Shown here: positions 39,599-53,095 of the stretch, in pieces
Layout: each line of letters begins with the position of its first letter
Numbering within the stretch: position 1 is the stretch's first letter
Origin: a virus
Lineage: Duplodnaviria; Caudoviricetes
DNA: 64,000 nucleotides
Direction: 5' to 3' (one strand)
IMG/VR virus record: IMGVR_UViG_3300021399_000008
Location: 32,001 to 96,000 of that record
The notes under the pieces: generated by a model
Databases searched by the model: none
What the model was told of the DNA's origin: nothing
What the model saw: the letters and a program-made list of their open reading frames with translations, nothing else
Translations under genes and position numbers: made by a program

Positions 39599-42500
39599 TC
39601 ATAAACAAAAACCAACAATAACATCACAATTATTTGTTAATGCGGTTCTGTTAGCGTACGCGGTAGCGGTCGACGTGTTCGGAACTGTTAACCCATAATT
39701 AGATTCTGCAGATTCTGCATTAATGCTGGTTCTCTACCAGAAGGATGGTACACTGCTCCCCGATGTGGTATATTTTATTCGAAGTACAACGTTACTTATT
39801 TGATCATATACTGCGCCGCTGTTTTCTATCTGATACCATGCGCTAGCAGATTTTCTAAGTCCTAATTCTCTGCTTGAAAAAAGCCATATATCTTCGTCTG
39901 AAGTAATATCGGTTCCTGTTGGATCTTTTGTTACTTTTTTAACAGTTTTTATATTGGATTGTATGATAGTTGGAAGTTTGCTTTTAAAACTTTTGATTAC
40001 GCTGCGAAGCTCAAGCTCTGAATATGGAACAGCTTCGTCAACACTGTGTGCCCTATGTGAAAAAACGGTTGTCCGAAAAGCCCATGTTGTTTTTGCAGTA
40101 GAAGCATCATTATCAGATAATATATCTTTGTCAACACCGATTAACATTGTTTGATATCGTTGTCCGTCGGCTTCTATTGTTTTTATGGATCCTATCGGGT
40201 ATTTATCTACGTTTCCAGAATTTATATTACTTATTATAGTATCCCAATCGTCTGAAATGTCTTCAAAATAGCCTAAAGGATAACTATCGAGCGGCGCAAT
40301 CATATACTTACCCCACGTAATATGGCTTCTATATAAATCTAACAACTCGGGACGTACGTAAATCGCTCCAAGTTTCTTTTCTATGAAAGTGCCGGAAATC
40401 GCGTTTACATCGTTTATTTCAGCAACAGTTGATGAATGGATTACTAAATGTTTTATAGGCTTGTTCCTCAGCTGAGCGTTGAGATTATCGGTGTTAAACT
40501 GAAGATTGTCTAATTGTGTAAACTCAACCGTTTTTAAGTTTGAGCACGAGTTAAGCCCATTGGGGCCAATATAAGTAAAAGGACCGGAGATTTTTGTTAA
40601 TTGTCCTTGACCAATCAACCCTGAATCAGCTATAGTGGAATTATTTATTGTTTCATATATTTCCAGTTTTCCCCGAATATATTTAGTCACATCGTTGCTT
40701 GCATCTGCGTATTGAGCTACACAAACTAGATTACCGACAATATTAATAGGCTCTGGTGACCATCCTGTGAACAAATAGTCATCGGTATTTCCAGTGCTGT
40801 TGTTTGTGGGTGTTGTTTCGGTATAATTCGCACTGCCGCCATACGGAACATTATTCACAGTCTGAAGCGTATTATTATCCCAGTTCTTAAACGTCACAGT
40901 AAACGTTCTGAGTTGACTCGTAAACACAGGATATAAGTCACGATCTTCAGTAACATTCTTCAATGCATCAGGATCCATTACTCCATCTACATACCGCGCC
41001 CAACCATTTGCAAATGTGAATGTATGGCTTGCGCTCTGCGGTTTGGTTGGTGTAGATCCAGTATAAGTGACAGCTGCTCCATTAGCGGAAGTTTTTGTCT
41101 GAAGCACGCTGGTTCCATCGTAATTATAGAAACGAACCGTGCAATTAATTGTGTTGTAATCTATCGTGATATCAGGATATTTATCTTTGATTTGCTTCGT
41201 AACTGCACCGCTTACAGTGTCGATATGGATCGTTCCATAAACCTGAGCTGTGTCTACGTTAAGCCCCTGTTCGTTGCGACCGTGTAAACTGTCAAGTTTT
41301 GCTTTTATCGCAAGCAGTTCAGTCTCATCTGCTACTGTCCAATCGAAACCAATTAAACGAAGATTACTGCCTTCAGTTAATCCGTTCACCAGAGTTTTTG
41401 TATCGATAATATTACCAATATTCTCCAGCGTAACGGTTGTCAGATTCTCTTCGGAAGCTAACACGAAGTCTGTAATATTCGGCTGATTAATAATCTCAAG
41501 GTTTGTGATCGTTCCAGGCAGATGCAGTGTTTTAATTATGCCGCCGTTAGGAAGCTTTACGCCTTTAATTGCAGTGCCATCGAAGTAAATATGTTCGATA
41601 TTCTTACAACCAGATAAATCAGGAGGGGTTGTAAGCTTATCGCCATAGTTCGAACAGTTACGTACGTCTAATGTCTTCAGCAGCGTGTTATTACCAAGCG
41701 TCAGGTTCTCCAGGTTCGGGTTATTATAGTTCGGATCTGCGTCTCCAAGCTTAAGACTCTGAAGTTTTGTAGCATAGGAGAAGTTCGCGTAACCTACCAG
41801 CAGCGGAGAAAGATCGCCTACACTCGCCAGCTGAGAAGACGAGTAGATATAAACTTCGGTATCGTTCATCCTGTCGAGAGGACATGGAATTGTAACCGAA
41901 GTATTTCTTGGAGTCTTTCTGGATACCTGCTCAACGTCCTGAGTACCAGAATCCTTCGAGCCGTACTTAATTGAAACATAGATATCAGCATACGGAGTTA
42001 CTGTTATATCCGCTTTGTTGTAGGCACGAAGAGTAATAATATCAGACAGCGCATTACCTGCGAGATATTTACTGTCAGTGAACTTAAGTCTGTTATAGAG
42101 CCACCACTTACGCTGTTCGGTTTTACTGCCAAGAGCCATCTCGAGATAGCTGCCGTCACATTCGTCGATCAACGGAGCGATGTATTTATAATAAGCGTCT
42201 TCGTTAAAGATCGTCTCAGGCCATTTGGATTGATGGTCTTCGAACATCTTTTCAATAGCCTCGTAGCTAAACGCATCGTTAGCTCTCAGGTCTTTGTACA
42301 TTCTCTTGATCTGAAGACCGAAAGCCTTTCGTACGTTTCTCCACTATACGCTTTCACGACCGTTGTAAACGTCCTTTTTGCCGTTATTATAAGTATCCTC
42401 GTCTTCGAGGTCGTAAGAGAAAGTCAGGTGACCTTCGTTGTTACATGTCTGTTACTTTGCTGACCTGTTCATACAGGCGGGAACGGTTCTTCTTTAAGTG

Positions 42501-43319
42501 GTCTGGTTACCTCTGACCGTTCCTCTCGCGTTTCTTTTATAGGTGATTATAGCGCAAGTTCAGACTGTTGCACCCCGGGTTTATCCGGGCCATTTCGCTC
42601 AGTCGTTGTTGGCAACGTGTGGAAAGAATTCAACAATAAAACCACTGCATGTTTCCGCAAGAATGAGATCTGCCTTTGAGCGTTCTCACGATATTGCAGT
42701 GGTTTAATCCGGTTTGTCTTTCTGCTTCACCGATTGAATCATAGTAGTTTACTTGACCTTCTTTATCTACGGAACATATCCTCATAGAAGTTGACGCGCA
42801 ACATTCATTCGTTTTAGCTGCCCGTTTCGTTCTTGTTCCATAGTTATGATTGTAGTCATTTGTACACCACTCAAGATTTGAGACATAATTGTTTGTCTTG
42901 ATCTCGTCTTTGTGATTCACTTGCGGTAAACTATCAGGATTCGGAATGAAAGCATCCGCAACTAATCTATGCACAGCGAACCATTTACTTTCGCAATGTC
43001 CGCTATAAAGTAAAACGGAAAGGTAACCTTTGGCTGTCAGATGGCCAGTGGTTATCTTTCCGATGTTTTTATTTTGTGCGTAACTTTTTAATCTTCCGCA
43101 GTTGCTGATTTCATATCTGCCTTCATAACCTTTTATAGGTTTCCAAATTTCGTCCAATATTTAATCACCTCTCAAATTAATCTTTCACACGTTTTCCAAG
43201 GCGTTGTCCGTCACCATCGGAGTTTCGCCGTATATCAGAAATGGTTTTTACTTGGCACTAACCTCAATGCCAAGGGCCGTATCAAAGTCATACGGCTAGA
43301 ACACAACTTTTTTCTTCAT
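39599..43319 (-). CDS. CotH-kinase-like C-terminal half plus LRR and DUF6273 tail protein; spliced (exon 1 43319-43267, exon 2 42443-39599); TAGs at 43296, 42344 and 39734
   Basis: [21 protein letters not shown] after splicing; ESV*WRN; FW*RTS...VIVGFCL then TGA, paralleling the C-terminus of the adjacent gene. Confidence 0.8.
42444..43266 (-). ncRNA. Group I intron (823 nt) carrying a homing endonuclease
   Basis: P1 CTTGGCAU/GTGCCAAG with a U-G pair; GTTA can pair with the exon 2 TAAC (P10); GACTG/CAGTC P7-like pairing; terminal G. Confidence 0.9.
42630..43157 (-). CDS. NUMOD4-HNH homing endonuclease (intron-encoded)
   Basis: [41 protein letters not shown] and a C-terminal NUMOD1-like segment. 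Confidence 0.92.
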   Translation of the reverse strand: MDEIWKPIKGYEGRYEISNCGRLKSYAQNKNIGKITTGHLTAKGYLSVLLYSGHCESKWFAVHRLVADAFIPNPDSLPQVNHKDEIKTNNYVSNLEWCTNDYNHNYGTRTKRAAKTNECCASTSMRICSVDKEGQVNYYDSIGEAERQTGLNHCNIVRTLKGRSHSCGNMQWFYC

Positions 43320-43349
43320 GCTTCGACTCAAGCCGCACCACCCTTTCTA

Positions 43350-46349
43350 TTATGGATTTTCTTCGGAGTTAGGTTCTTCTGTGCTGTCGTCACTGCTTGG
43401 TTCGACAATAGGACTGCCCATAAAGGACGGGAACATATTCTTGGCTCGGCTATCAACCATCAGGAAAATCTCAGTGAAGAGATAGTAGTAGATAGCGGAG
43501 TCCAGTTCCATGTAATCAGGAGCTTCGTCTCTGAACTTCGCGATACGATATTCGGCTGTGTCGTTATTGAAAGTTTTCGTAACAGTAACAGTGATTCCTT
43601 CGGCAGGTTCTTCGAGCCAGGAGTACGTTACAGGAGAAGCCAGCGGTTCATTCGTAGCAGTATCAGGATCAGTAGACACAATCCAGGCAGCGAATTCGGC
43701 AAGCTGAGTAGGATCAGTATACGGAGGATCTGTATCGGGATAACGAGCTTCGAAGTCGGTAAGCCAATTTGTACCGCTGTAATCCGCAGTTTTGAAATGG
43801 ACAAGATCCGTACCGTTGTTTCTAACTTCCCAGGATTCGTCCCCGGAAACGAAACCAAACACGTCAGAAGTACTCTTGTCGTTGTTCCAATTGTATTTAC
43901 CGATAAAGGTAACTGTCTTAGTGTTCGGGTTACGGTGGAAAATAACGATAGGTATACCGTCAATACCCTGACGGACGTTGCCGTTCTTTTCCTGGGCTGG
44001 TGTTTCGTAGGGACATGTGTCATTATAAAGTCTGGCGAGTTCTACGTTGTTCGCGCCTTCAGAAGAAGCGACGTCAGCTTTATAACAGAAAGTCTTTACA
44101 GGAATAGAGTTGTCGCGAATCTTCCACTTGGAAACAGTCTCGCCGAAACGGTTCAAGAAGCCGCCATTATACTTAACCTTATAGTTCTTTCTCTTATATC
44201 CCGCAGAAGAAGTACCCTGAACGTCCATCTCTGCTCCGGTGAAAGTAAAGCAAGCATCAGGATCAGTCGGATCAACATATTCTCCGCTAACATTCTTCTT
44301 TTTGTCGCCTTTAAACTGAGGAAGCTGCGGCGTCTCAAAGATAAGGTATGGGAGATCTCTCGGAAGCTTATCGATAACAATTCGCTTATCTTCCATAACA
44401 TTGTTTCTGTTAAAGCGGTCAAGCATCAGACCTGTATCCTGAGTATCCGCAATCCAGTTCTTAACGATATCGTCGCTGGAGAGAGCTGTATCGTACACTC
44501 TGATATTATAGATATCCAAAGTGCACTTACCATTACCAAGGGAAATATCTACAGCTGAAGGCTGAGAGAAGTCGTCGTTGTCCGGATACTGAATAACTGC
44601 AGACAGAATACCGTTAATATAACAATACAGTAAACGGTTCTTGCTTCTCGGCTCGACAACAAACGCAAGACGAATATGTTCATCTTCCTTAAACGGTACG
44701 TAGATAGAAGACTGCTGAGAAGTCAGAGTAGCGCTCTGAGGAGTAGCAGTAAATCCACGTCCGTTCGAAAGACAAGACATAACAATAGAGTCGTAGTCTG
44801 AAACGGAACTTGTAGCAAACTCAAATTCAATTGTCTTACCAGCAGTACGGAAGTCTTTCCCGAAGATTTTATAAGGAATAGTTACTCTTGCTTCGTTTGA
44901 AATACGAAGGACAGAATAGCCATCGTCGTCCGTTACCCAACCGTTAGACACGTAATCAAACCCGGTGAGCGCGCACTCTATATCGTTATAGTTCCATTCA
45001 GCCTTATTTGCGTCGACGTTACTCCTGCCTGAACTGGTAAGATACAGAGCCAGGTTCTCAGTCTCAGGCTGGATATCGATCTCAGCAGGAGTTACTTCAA
45101 CCTGCAGTGTTCTTGTCGTACCTTTACACGCAAACTCGTACGTATACGTTCCTACAGAGTCCATACGAGGATTGTAGTCATAGATTCTGCGTTCAACCGT
45201 AGGCTCAGCGACAACCGTTCCGTTTCTGGAAATCGTAACTGTCGTAGACATAGACGCAGGATCATATACTGAATACAGAATATGGATCGTGGTGTACTGA
45301 GGAACAGAAGGGGTCTCGAGCTGGCAGGTAATAACAGGAGTAGGATTCTGCGCGTCGACACAGATGATCTCGAAGTACAACTCATTCGAGCGAACAGTCT
45401 GGCCGTTAATCAAAGCATCAAAGTACATTCTGAGAGTATGCATGCCATGACTCTGCTTCGGAATTGTAATAGCCATGTCTCGGTCAGAAATCGTTGTAGT
45501 AAACGTCTCGATCTCAGTTCCGTCGAGAATAAAATGCATCGTCTTCATAACGCTGCCGATAGGTCTGTACGGAACATCGATAGCGCCGAAGTAAGGAGTC
45601 GAAGTATCGAACGTACTCTTCAGTTCGAGTGCTACAACGATAACGGTACAGCGGAGAGAACGTTCACTGCCGTAAATATCCGTTACGGTAATAACAACCT
45701 TATTCGTACCCAGGTCAAGGTGAGGTGCAAGGTCGATTGTATTATCTCCCTGTGGCACATTAAACACAGACTTGATCGTGTTGTTCACCATAATCCTCAG
45801 AGAACCAGGACCAGTAGAGATCTCGTTTTCCAAAGACGACCACGTGAACGACATCGGGCAGGATGCGCTCTGTGGAACTGTAGTAGTCAACCAGTCAGTT
45901 GTATTGCGGATCGTGATCGTGGCATTACTTGTGTCGCCGCCGCCTCCACCGCCGCCGCCTCCACCGGAGAACGGTCCAAGAGGTCCGGCTACAACAACAC
46001 CATTACTTGTAAGGTAGAGATATCCATTCTCAGTAAAAGCGCCGTCAACCTTTGAGTCAACAACGTCTTCAAGAATAGCTTTTGTTTCGTTATCCACGAA
46101 TCCAGTTACAGGACCGACGATTATTTTTCCGTTAGCTGTAGCGTAAAGCTCACCGTTCTCCATGTAGATCGAGTCGACTTTATTAGCTCTCAGTCTTCTA
46201 ACGTCGTCCTGCAGTGTATTCGAAGCACCTGTCAGAACACTGATATCGGTTCTGGCTTTAGCGTCCTGCACCTCGAACTCATACTCTTTCTAAGTATAGT
46301 CCTGCGCATCCTTCGCTTTTATTTTGAGATGATGTAAGGGTTCAGCCAT
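43350..46349 (-). CDS. Large tail protein with LamG-like and CotH-kinase-like N-terminal half; in-frame TAG at 46290
   Basis: GGATGTG RBS and ATG at 46349; DYT*KEYEF; poly-Gly; VQGTSS.GY.RKNYK, KAD..SSEGANN, GKYNWNNDKS and DSRAKN motifs. Confidence 0.8.
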
Positions 46350-46362
46350 TTACTCACATCCT

Positions 46363-46959
46363 TTATTCACCGTCGTCAGAGCCGCTTTCTAAACGACTCA
46401 ATCTCTCGCGGAGTTCGGCTATCGCTCTCTCCTGTGCGAGGTTAGTATTATGTTCTATCTCCAGAGAATACTGGTCAGGCTGAGGTCCAGCTTCTAAAGC
46501 TGAAACTCTCTGCTCCAGATCCTCTATTCTGGATAGATTCGTATTAAAGTTATCCAGCTCCGCATTAAACGCGTCCATAATCGTACTGTATTCCTCGAGC
46601 TGTGTGTCAGTATAGATCGAAGTGGAAGGCTTAGGTCTCTTCGTTACGTCGACAGTAATCTCGTAGGCTGTATAGCTGGCCTCAGATTCTGTCTTATACA
46701 CGTAGCACATAACAGGCCGTCCAACCATCAGCAGCGAATCTGGGATCTGAAACTGGATATATCCAGTTCCTGTCGTAGGACTTGATCCTATTGTAGTCGC
46801 CATCCCGACACAGGCTGACTGAATAGTGTACGAACCAGATTCAATATTCGTAATCTTAATCTTTATCCCGGTATCCCACTGGTAGACTCCAGAGATCATA
46901 AGCTCTGTAGTCGTAGATCCATCGATCTCGTGGACAGTATTCGTGTTCGCCAAATTCAA
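46363..46959 (-). CDS. Baseplate/tail-associated protein (YQWD family)
   Basis: YQWDTG, IPDSLL and RPKPS motifs; paralog of the adjacent gene. Confidence 0.6.
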   Translation of the reverse strand: MNLANTNTVHEIDGSTTTELMISGVYQWDTGIKIKITNIESGSYTIQSACVGMATTIGSSPTTGTGYIQFQIPDSLLMVGRPVMCYVYKTESEASYTAYEITVDVTKRPKPSTSIYTDTQLEEYSTIMDAFNAELDNFNTNLSRIEDLEQRVSALEAGPQPDQYSLEIEHNTNLAQERAIAELRERLSRLESGSDDGE

Positions 46960-46968
46960 TCACCTGCC

Positions 46969-47556
46969 TTAATACGCGAAGAGGGTACTGCTTATTGTGA
47001 CAGTACCTTTCTTGTCGCTTTCTACGTAGATCTTCGATTCTTCTATCGCGTCATGAAGTTCTTTCTTCGTCGCAAGCAGTTGGATCTGTTCCTGCATATC
47101 AGCGACGTCTTCCTTCGCCTGGTCGATATCGTCCATAGCGGCATTCAGCTTATCCAGTTCGACGTTAAACGCAGCAGCAAGAGAGTTGTAGGAGGAAGTC
47201 TCTTCTTCTGTATAATAAGTCGTAGTAGGCTGAGCTCTGGGGATTACAGGAATCTTTATCGTATACACCGTATAGCCTGAACTGCCTACGGATTTGTAGA
47301 GATAGCAGAAGATTGGCTTGCCTAAGGAAAGTAAAGCGTCAGGAATCTTCAGAAGAAGAACGTTTCCTGACTGAAGTGAGCCTCCAACATTCAGTGACGT
47401 GTTCACATCTGCGCAGGAGAAGTGGCCCTGCTAAACTGAATTCGGAGCGTTAAACACTCTGAGAGTAATACCATGGTCCCACTGATAGAGCGGTGAAGAT
47501 GTAATGGTATAGATATCGTTTCCAAACCTCACAGAGAGTGTGTTATTTTTTACCAT
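46969..47556 (-). CDS. Baseplate/tail-associated protein (YQWD family) with an in-frame TAG at 47431
   Basis: LYQWDHG...NSV*QGHFS...IPDALL...PRAQP; only the read-through version matches its paralog over the full length. Confidence 0.75.
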
Positions 47557-47572
47557 CCTTTCTCACCTCTCT

Positions 47573-50500
47573 TTATGTCCAAATTAAAATACAGATATAG
47601 TTTATGAGCATACCCGGATCTTCTCGAACCGTAAGCGTTAACACGTTATTGTTCTCCCAGTACGGAAACACAAACACAGAGTTGTTGTTCGGTATCACAT
47701 ACACTCTGGCTAAATCATATCCGAAAGCTGGAGGAGAAATTGTCACCTCTGAAGACGTGCCAGAGAACTCCGTTAATCTTATCTGCATAATCTTGTCTCC
47801 TGGAAGTTTTATACCGCTGGCGAACAGATCCTCGAACAGACCAGTCGCGATAGTCGGAAGAAGTTCAGACAAATAGTTAGGCGAAAGCTTACTCAAGCGC
47901 AGAGTACCGTCAGCGATTCTTTCTCCAGACATTTCACCATAGTTAATTTCTCTGGCGTTAAAGCCATTACCGCTTCCGAATTCGCGCCATATCCAGTTGC
48001 CAGATAGGTCCTTGGAGTTTGCGATCCTGAAGACCCCGCTGTTCATAGACATAGCGGACATCCCGTCGGGAGAAGACCAGACGTCGTTTCCTTTTCCGTC
48101 TGTGAACTTTGTAGATGTGCCGTTTGTAATCCCGGTCATAGATGAATCGATACTGCCGCCGATATCAGACGCGCTAATCTGGCCGTTGTTGTTTATTGTC
48201 TTAGACCTGTCGTAGATCGAGAGCTTTCCTTTAGCCTCAGAAGCTACCTCGGCTATATGAGCCATTACGTCTTTGAACTCATGCTGATTCAGAAGAGAAA
48301 GGTTTGTGTTGATCTCGATGTTTGACCGCCACGGATTGTCGTAGCAGATAGAACTCTTATCGATATATGCCCACAGATTCAGGGAGATCTCAGGGTCAAT
48401 AAGATGAGCTGCGTATTCAGTAGTGATTCTCGGCCAGTCCTGTTTATCTGAAAGCTGAGAAGCGTAATACAGCATATCTCTGTTTGAGCCATAAGGATCT
48501 ATATACTGGATCTGGTACGAAGCCTCAGGTTTCGAGATCTTCTGGATCGCGTACAGAGCATCAGCGTAGAGTTTGTCCTCGTCGCCGTCTACATAGTTTG
48601 TCTTCGAGAGGTAGCCTTCTCTGTACAGCTCACCCAGTGCCACTTTCATGTTTGTTTCAAGAGAGTCGTACTTATCCTGAGCAGTCTTCATAGCCTGGTA
48701 CTTTCCGATATAAGCCCTGTCTGATGTATAGCGGAACTTGTTCATCATAGGAATCAGACCGTGTACTTCACTCGGCTTCACATGGAAACTGTTAATCAGA
48801 TAAGCGAGCTCGTTCTCGATAACAACTGCGTTCTCGTAATGGTACGGAACTAAAGATTTGTGATTATACACAACGTCATCGAGTTTGGCGTAGAGTCTGA
48901 AATAGAAAGCTCCTTCTGGAGTTGTGAACCCACCTGGATCGTAGTTGTCTATTCGGATCTGAACTCTTGATCTTCCGTAGAACGCAACACGACCTACACG
49001 GCTCCACGGCACTGACCACCTGTACTGTGTGTTTGACAGACATCTTATATAGTTCGACACGCCCCATGTACTATCTGTTGTCGAAGTGACTACGCCGTTT
49101 ATATCCATCTGGTAATATTGTTTAAATCCCATATCGGCGCAGTCTGTAATCGTAGAAGCTACATACTGGGGTCCAGAGACAACAGAGCTTTTTACGTAGC
49201 TTTTAATCTCAAGAGTTGTCTGAACATCTCCGTTATACTGAGTTACGTATCTCTTTGTTGTATTCAGAACAAGTCTTCCGTTATTCGCGTAAAGATTCTC
49301 CGCAGTAGAGAATACATGAAGGTTTCCGTCTCCGATATCCATAGCGAATCTGGAAGGGAGAAACACATTAGAGTTCGAGGTGTCTTTATATTTTCCGAGG
49401 TTATCCAGATCGCTCAAATGGCAGTCATAGTTCTCATAAACACCCGTGTAATAAAGGTCACGCTTATTGCAGCCTTCAATTACGATACCCATATTGTCGG
49501 CTATACGAGCCTCTTCAGTTTTCTGGTATTCGTACTTTTTCCAGACGTCGCCGCCAGTTCCAGATGTATACTGGACTCTGGCCACTGTCCCATCGTATTC
49601 TCTGTAATGGTATTCATACTGAAGGTTCTGAGTCTGAATCTCTTCGTTAAATACCCAGACCTGATCTGTGTTTTTATATTCCTGAACAACGAATACAGGA
49701 TACCATCTCGTGTCTCCGATTGTTTTGTTACAGAAGTACAGCTGCCCGTAGTTCTCAGGGCTGAACACATAACACCAGGCGTAACCATTAATCGAACTGA
49801 TTGAAGGTCTCTTACTCGGACTGTCAACGAAATATACTGGGTGCTTCGTAGTTACAAACGTAGTGACTTCGTCCAGAGTCATTACGGCTGACTCGTCAGA
49901 AGATTCAAATGAGCCGATATACCCGTTTACGTTATTTGTTTTAAACAGGTAACCTACGAGGTTTGTGTTCGTATCTGACCGTTTATCTGAACCGAAGTAA
50001 TAGTCAGAGGACTTCAGCCAGAGAGTAATTACTTTCGGGTTTTCTATATCGTCGACTTCCTTAATGTAGGTTTTATGCCACAGGAAGTCTTTTGATGAAT
50101 TAAACATATTCGAGCCGCCGTACTTTGTCCGTTCAGTAGCCCAGGCACCGCCGCCATATTCTCTCTTATCGATATAGTAGCTGGTAGTAACGTCCCCTTC
50201 AAGAGATAGTTCGAGACTCATATCGAACAGGTAGAGAACGGAAGCTTCCGGGTTTATAGCGTCTCCGTTAGCGAACAGAGCAGTAGCTGGCTTCCACCTG
50301 AATCTCTTCTCAGGCTTTACGTTAAACTCAGTCGTATATGCTACGTTCTCATATCCAGCTGTATCGAGCGTAATCTTCACATAAGATCCACTTGTATTTA
50401 CTGTGAAAGGCTGGAGCTTAACGTAGTCTACAGATCCAACAAGTTCCGATACCTTCGTTAATTCCTGAGTAAAGGCCAGAGACTTCTCCTGAATTTCCTC

Positions 50501-51919
50501 AAGGAGTTTCGGTCCCTGTCTCTGAAAGTTCGCGATAGCCTGAATTGCGTCGTCAGTTAATAACCCTACCTCGTCGTAATAGTTAAAGTCCATTACGAAT
50601 GAGAACCAGTTCCGTACATCTGTATTGGAGATATAGGTAACTGTAGGATAGCTGAGGTTAGGAGCTGACGGTTCGTCATAGACACGGTAGGCCATATCGA
50701 CTTCATAGTTATAGTCGGGGTTCAGAGGATCTGTTCCAGGGTCCGAAAGATCAGGGTCTTCAGGAACGAGTTCGCCGTCGTCTTCGCTGACGAGATCATC
50801 GTCACCGCCAGAAGAACTGGAAGAACCTGAAGAGCTAGAAGAACCAGACGAGCCGGAGGAAGAACTTCCGCTCGAACCAGAACCTTCTACGTACAGAACC
50901 GTATCGTCGTAGACATACATCATAGACGCAGGATCCAGTTGAGAGAAGGTAAACGTGTGCTGACTCGTAATCTGACCAAGAGGAGCTTCAGTCGGTTTAA
51001 AGTACTTCGTAACGACAATACCCTGTGCGTTCGTATACTGGAACCTGATCTCAGTTTCTGGGGCTACTGAGCTGTTAATCCTGAACTTCAGTTCCTTATG
51101 GGTACATTCGTCGATTCCGCAGTATCCGTTCGTCTTATCGCCGTAAGCTCCATAGGCATACAGCTTTGTTCTAAGATTCTCTGTGTTCAGAGTGCGGGTA
51201 ATATTCTTTACATTATTTCCATAGTGGAGTTCGATTACACCTTTAGCCGTCGTAACGTCTGGAACAGTTCCGTCCTTCGGTTCAGAGAAAGGATTCATCG
51301 GGACAATATCTACCGTCTTCGAATCTCCTCTGAAGATAGGTTTCGCATCAAACAACTCACACATCTTAGAAATCAAAGAGAAGGCCCCGGTCTTCTCAGA
51401 GGCTACGAGTGAACGGTACTTAACAGTTACACCGTCGTCCTCATAGAACTTCGAGACAACACCTTTCGTCCAGCCAGTACCTTCGAGGATCACGTCCAGG
51501 AAAGTATCTGGGGTTCCGACGTTATTGCCTTCGTCGTCTGAGAATACAAGACCGAGGTTCTTATACTTCAGCTGCTGCGAAACATGTCCGCATATAGCTG
51601 TCACTGTTCTGGATTTGTTTGAGTGCGTAATCTTAGGTTCAGAGATTATGTACCATTCAGTCTCGTCTTCGTTAATCAGTCTGACTTTATAGTCAGCCTT
51701 CATAAACTGAAGACGAGGATTCTCTTCCTTACCGTTCTCTGTCTCGATAACTGTCGGGAGAGTAAATGACTATTCTCGCCAGCCGTTACGGGAAGTAGAC
51801 TCAGTAATACCAGAAGCCTGACCTGAGACATCGCTGTTTGAATCATAAAGGTTACAGATCTTATTGCCGGAGTAGTCGAATATATCGATGATACATAATC
51901 GTTTATAATTTATCGCCAT
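47573..51919 (-). CDS. Tail tip/Tal-like (prophage endopeptidase tail) protein with an in-frame TAG at 51770
   Basis: GAGG RBS; NGWRE*SFTLP; YGNNVKNITRT..TKLYAYG; WREFGSGNGF; downstream of Dit. Confidence 0.8.
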
Positions 51920-51930
51920 AAAATCGCCTC

Positions 51931-53028
51931 TTAATAGAATGTGGGTTTGTACACAAAATTTAATCTGGTTATGCTCATCTTTGTAACAGGACGGATCGAG
52001 AGTTCATTCATTCTGAAGATAACGGCCATACCTTTAAGATCAGCTGATAGGGAAGTGCCTACCGTGATCTTATTTGTATTTGTGTTAACTGCGGTAATCT
52101 TATATCTCGTTCCTCCTGACTGTGCGCAGATATACTGACCAATCATATCTTCTGAGAGTATCTGGTTATTTACAGATAAGTTATTAGAGTTTTTCGCGCC
52201 ATTTACGAAGACATTTCGGTAACAGGGAAATGCCGGGGAGAGCTGGATAAAGCCGAAATCGTGGTATAAAAACCCATAAGTTACTGTAGAACCGTTAGTA
52301 ACGAACGTCTTACCGTTAAGTCCGTCGCACACAATCCACTTTCCGACATTCGTAGTATTCGACTTCGTCCCGCCGATAAACTTCATCTGCTGGCCAGTAG
52401 TAAGGTTGTCTATAATAACTCCTGTTCCAAAGTCTCCTGCGATCTCAACAGCTACATCTGCCCTGGCTGAGCCTGGGTTAAAGAGCTGGAAGGTTTTCTC
52501 GGCAGTAACAGGAGAGGAGCTTGTAGCGAAAGAAGTAGGAAGGTTCCACGAACTTCCTGCCATCATGGCTGAGTTCAGATAGATATCCTTACTGTCAGGA
52601 TCTGTCGCTTCGATATACATTTTGTCACACCGTGCGAAAGGGTAGTAACAGCGGACTGTCATACTCTAGAGACCGTTCTGAGGATTAGGCAGCATCTGAA
52701 TAGTAGGAGGAGTAATCACTGTTGCCATATAGTAGTTCCACGGTCTGCGTGAGAAAATAAGTTTCGCTGTTTTACCCGGAGCAAATATCTGGTGGAGTCG
52801 GGCCATAAAGCCGTCCTTCACGTTCTGTCTTTCGAATACACAACGGAGATTGAAATCCTTCGGCTGAAAGGTAAAGCCGTAGTAGTAGCCGCCTTCGTGT
52901 CCGTCAAACTTCTGCTCGTGCATAATCGCCTGAGCAGGACCCCAGACATAGACGTCAGCGTTCTCAGGCACATATGTTAATCCAAGAGAGGCGATATCAA
53001 TCCCGTCAAAAGTAAAGCCGCCTTTCAT
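51931..53028 (-). CDS. Distal tail protein (Dit) with an in-frame TAG at 52666
   Basis: MKGGFTFDGI...LIFSRRPWNYY...NGL*SMTVRCYYPFA; follows the tape measure. Confidence 0.8.
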
Positions 53029-53048
53029 ACAATCACCTCTGACAAAAG

Positions 53049-53088
53049 AATACCCCTGTACTCCTTGTTGAGTGGAGTACAGGGGGAG
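53049..53088 (-). terminator. Hairpin or terminator after the tape measure gene
   Basis: CCCCTGTACTCC...GGAGTACAGGGG. Confidence 0.6.
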
Positions 53089-53095
53089 TGTCTGT

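Noticed and set aside
38388-42300. Diversity-generating retroelement
   Set aside because: No reverse transcriptase or near-identical TR/VR pair seen in this window.
50720-50890. Ser/Gly and acidic low-complexity stretch in Tal
   Set aside because: Looks like an ordinary flexible linker; no intein or repeat-unit signature.
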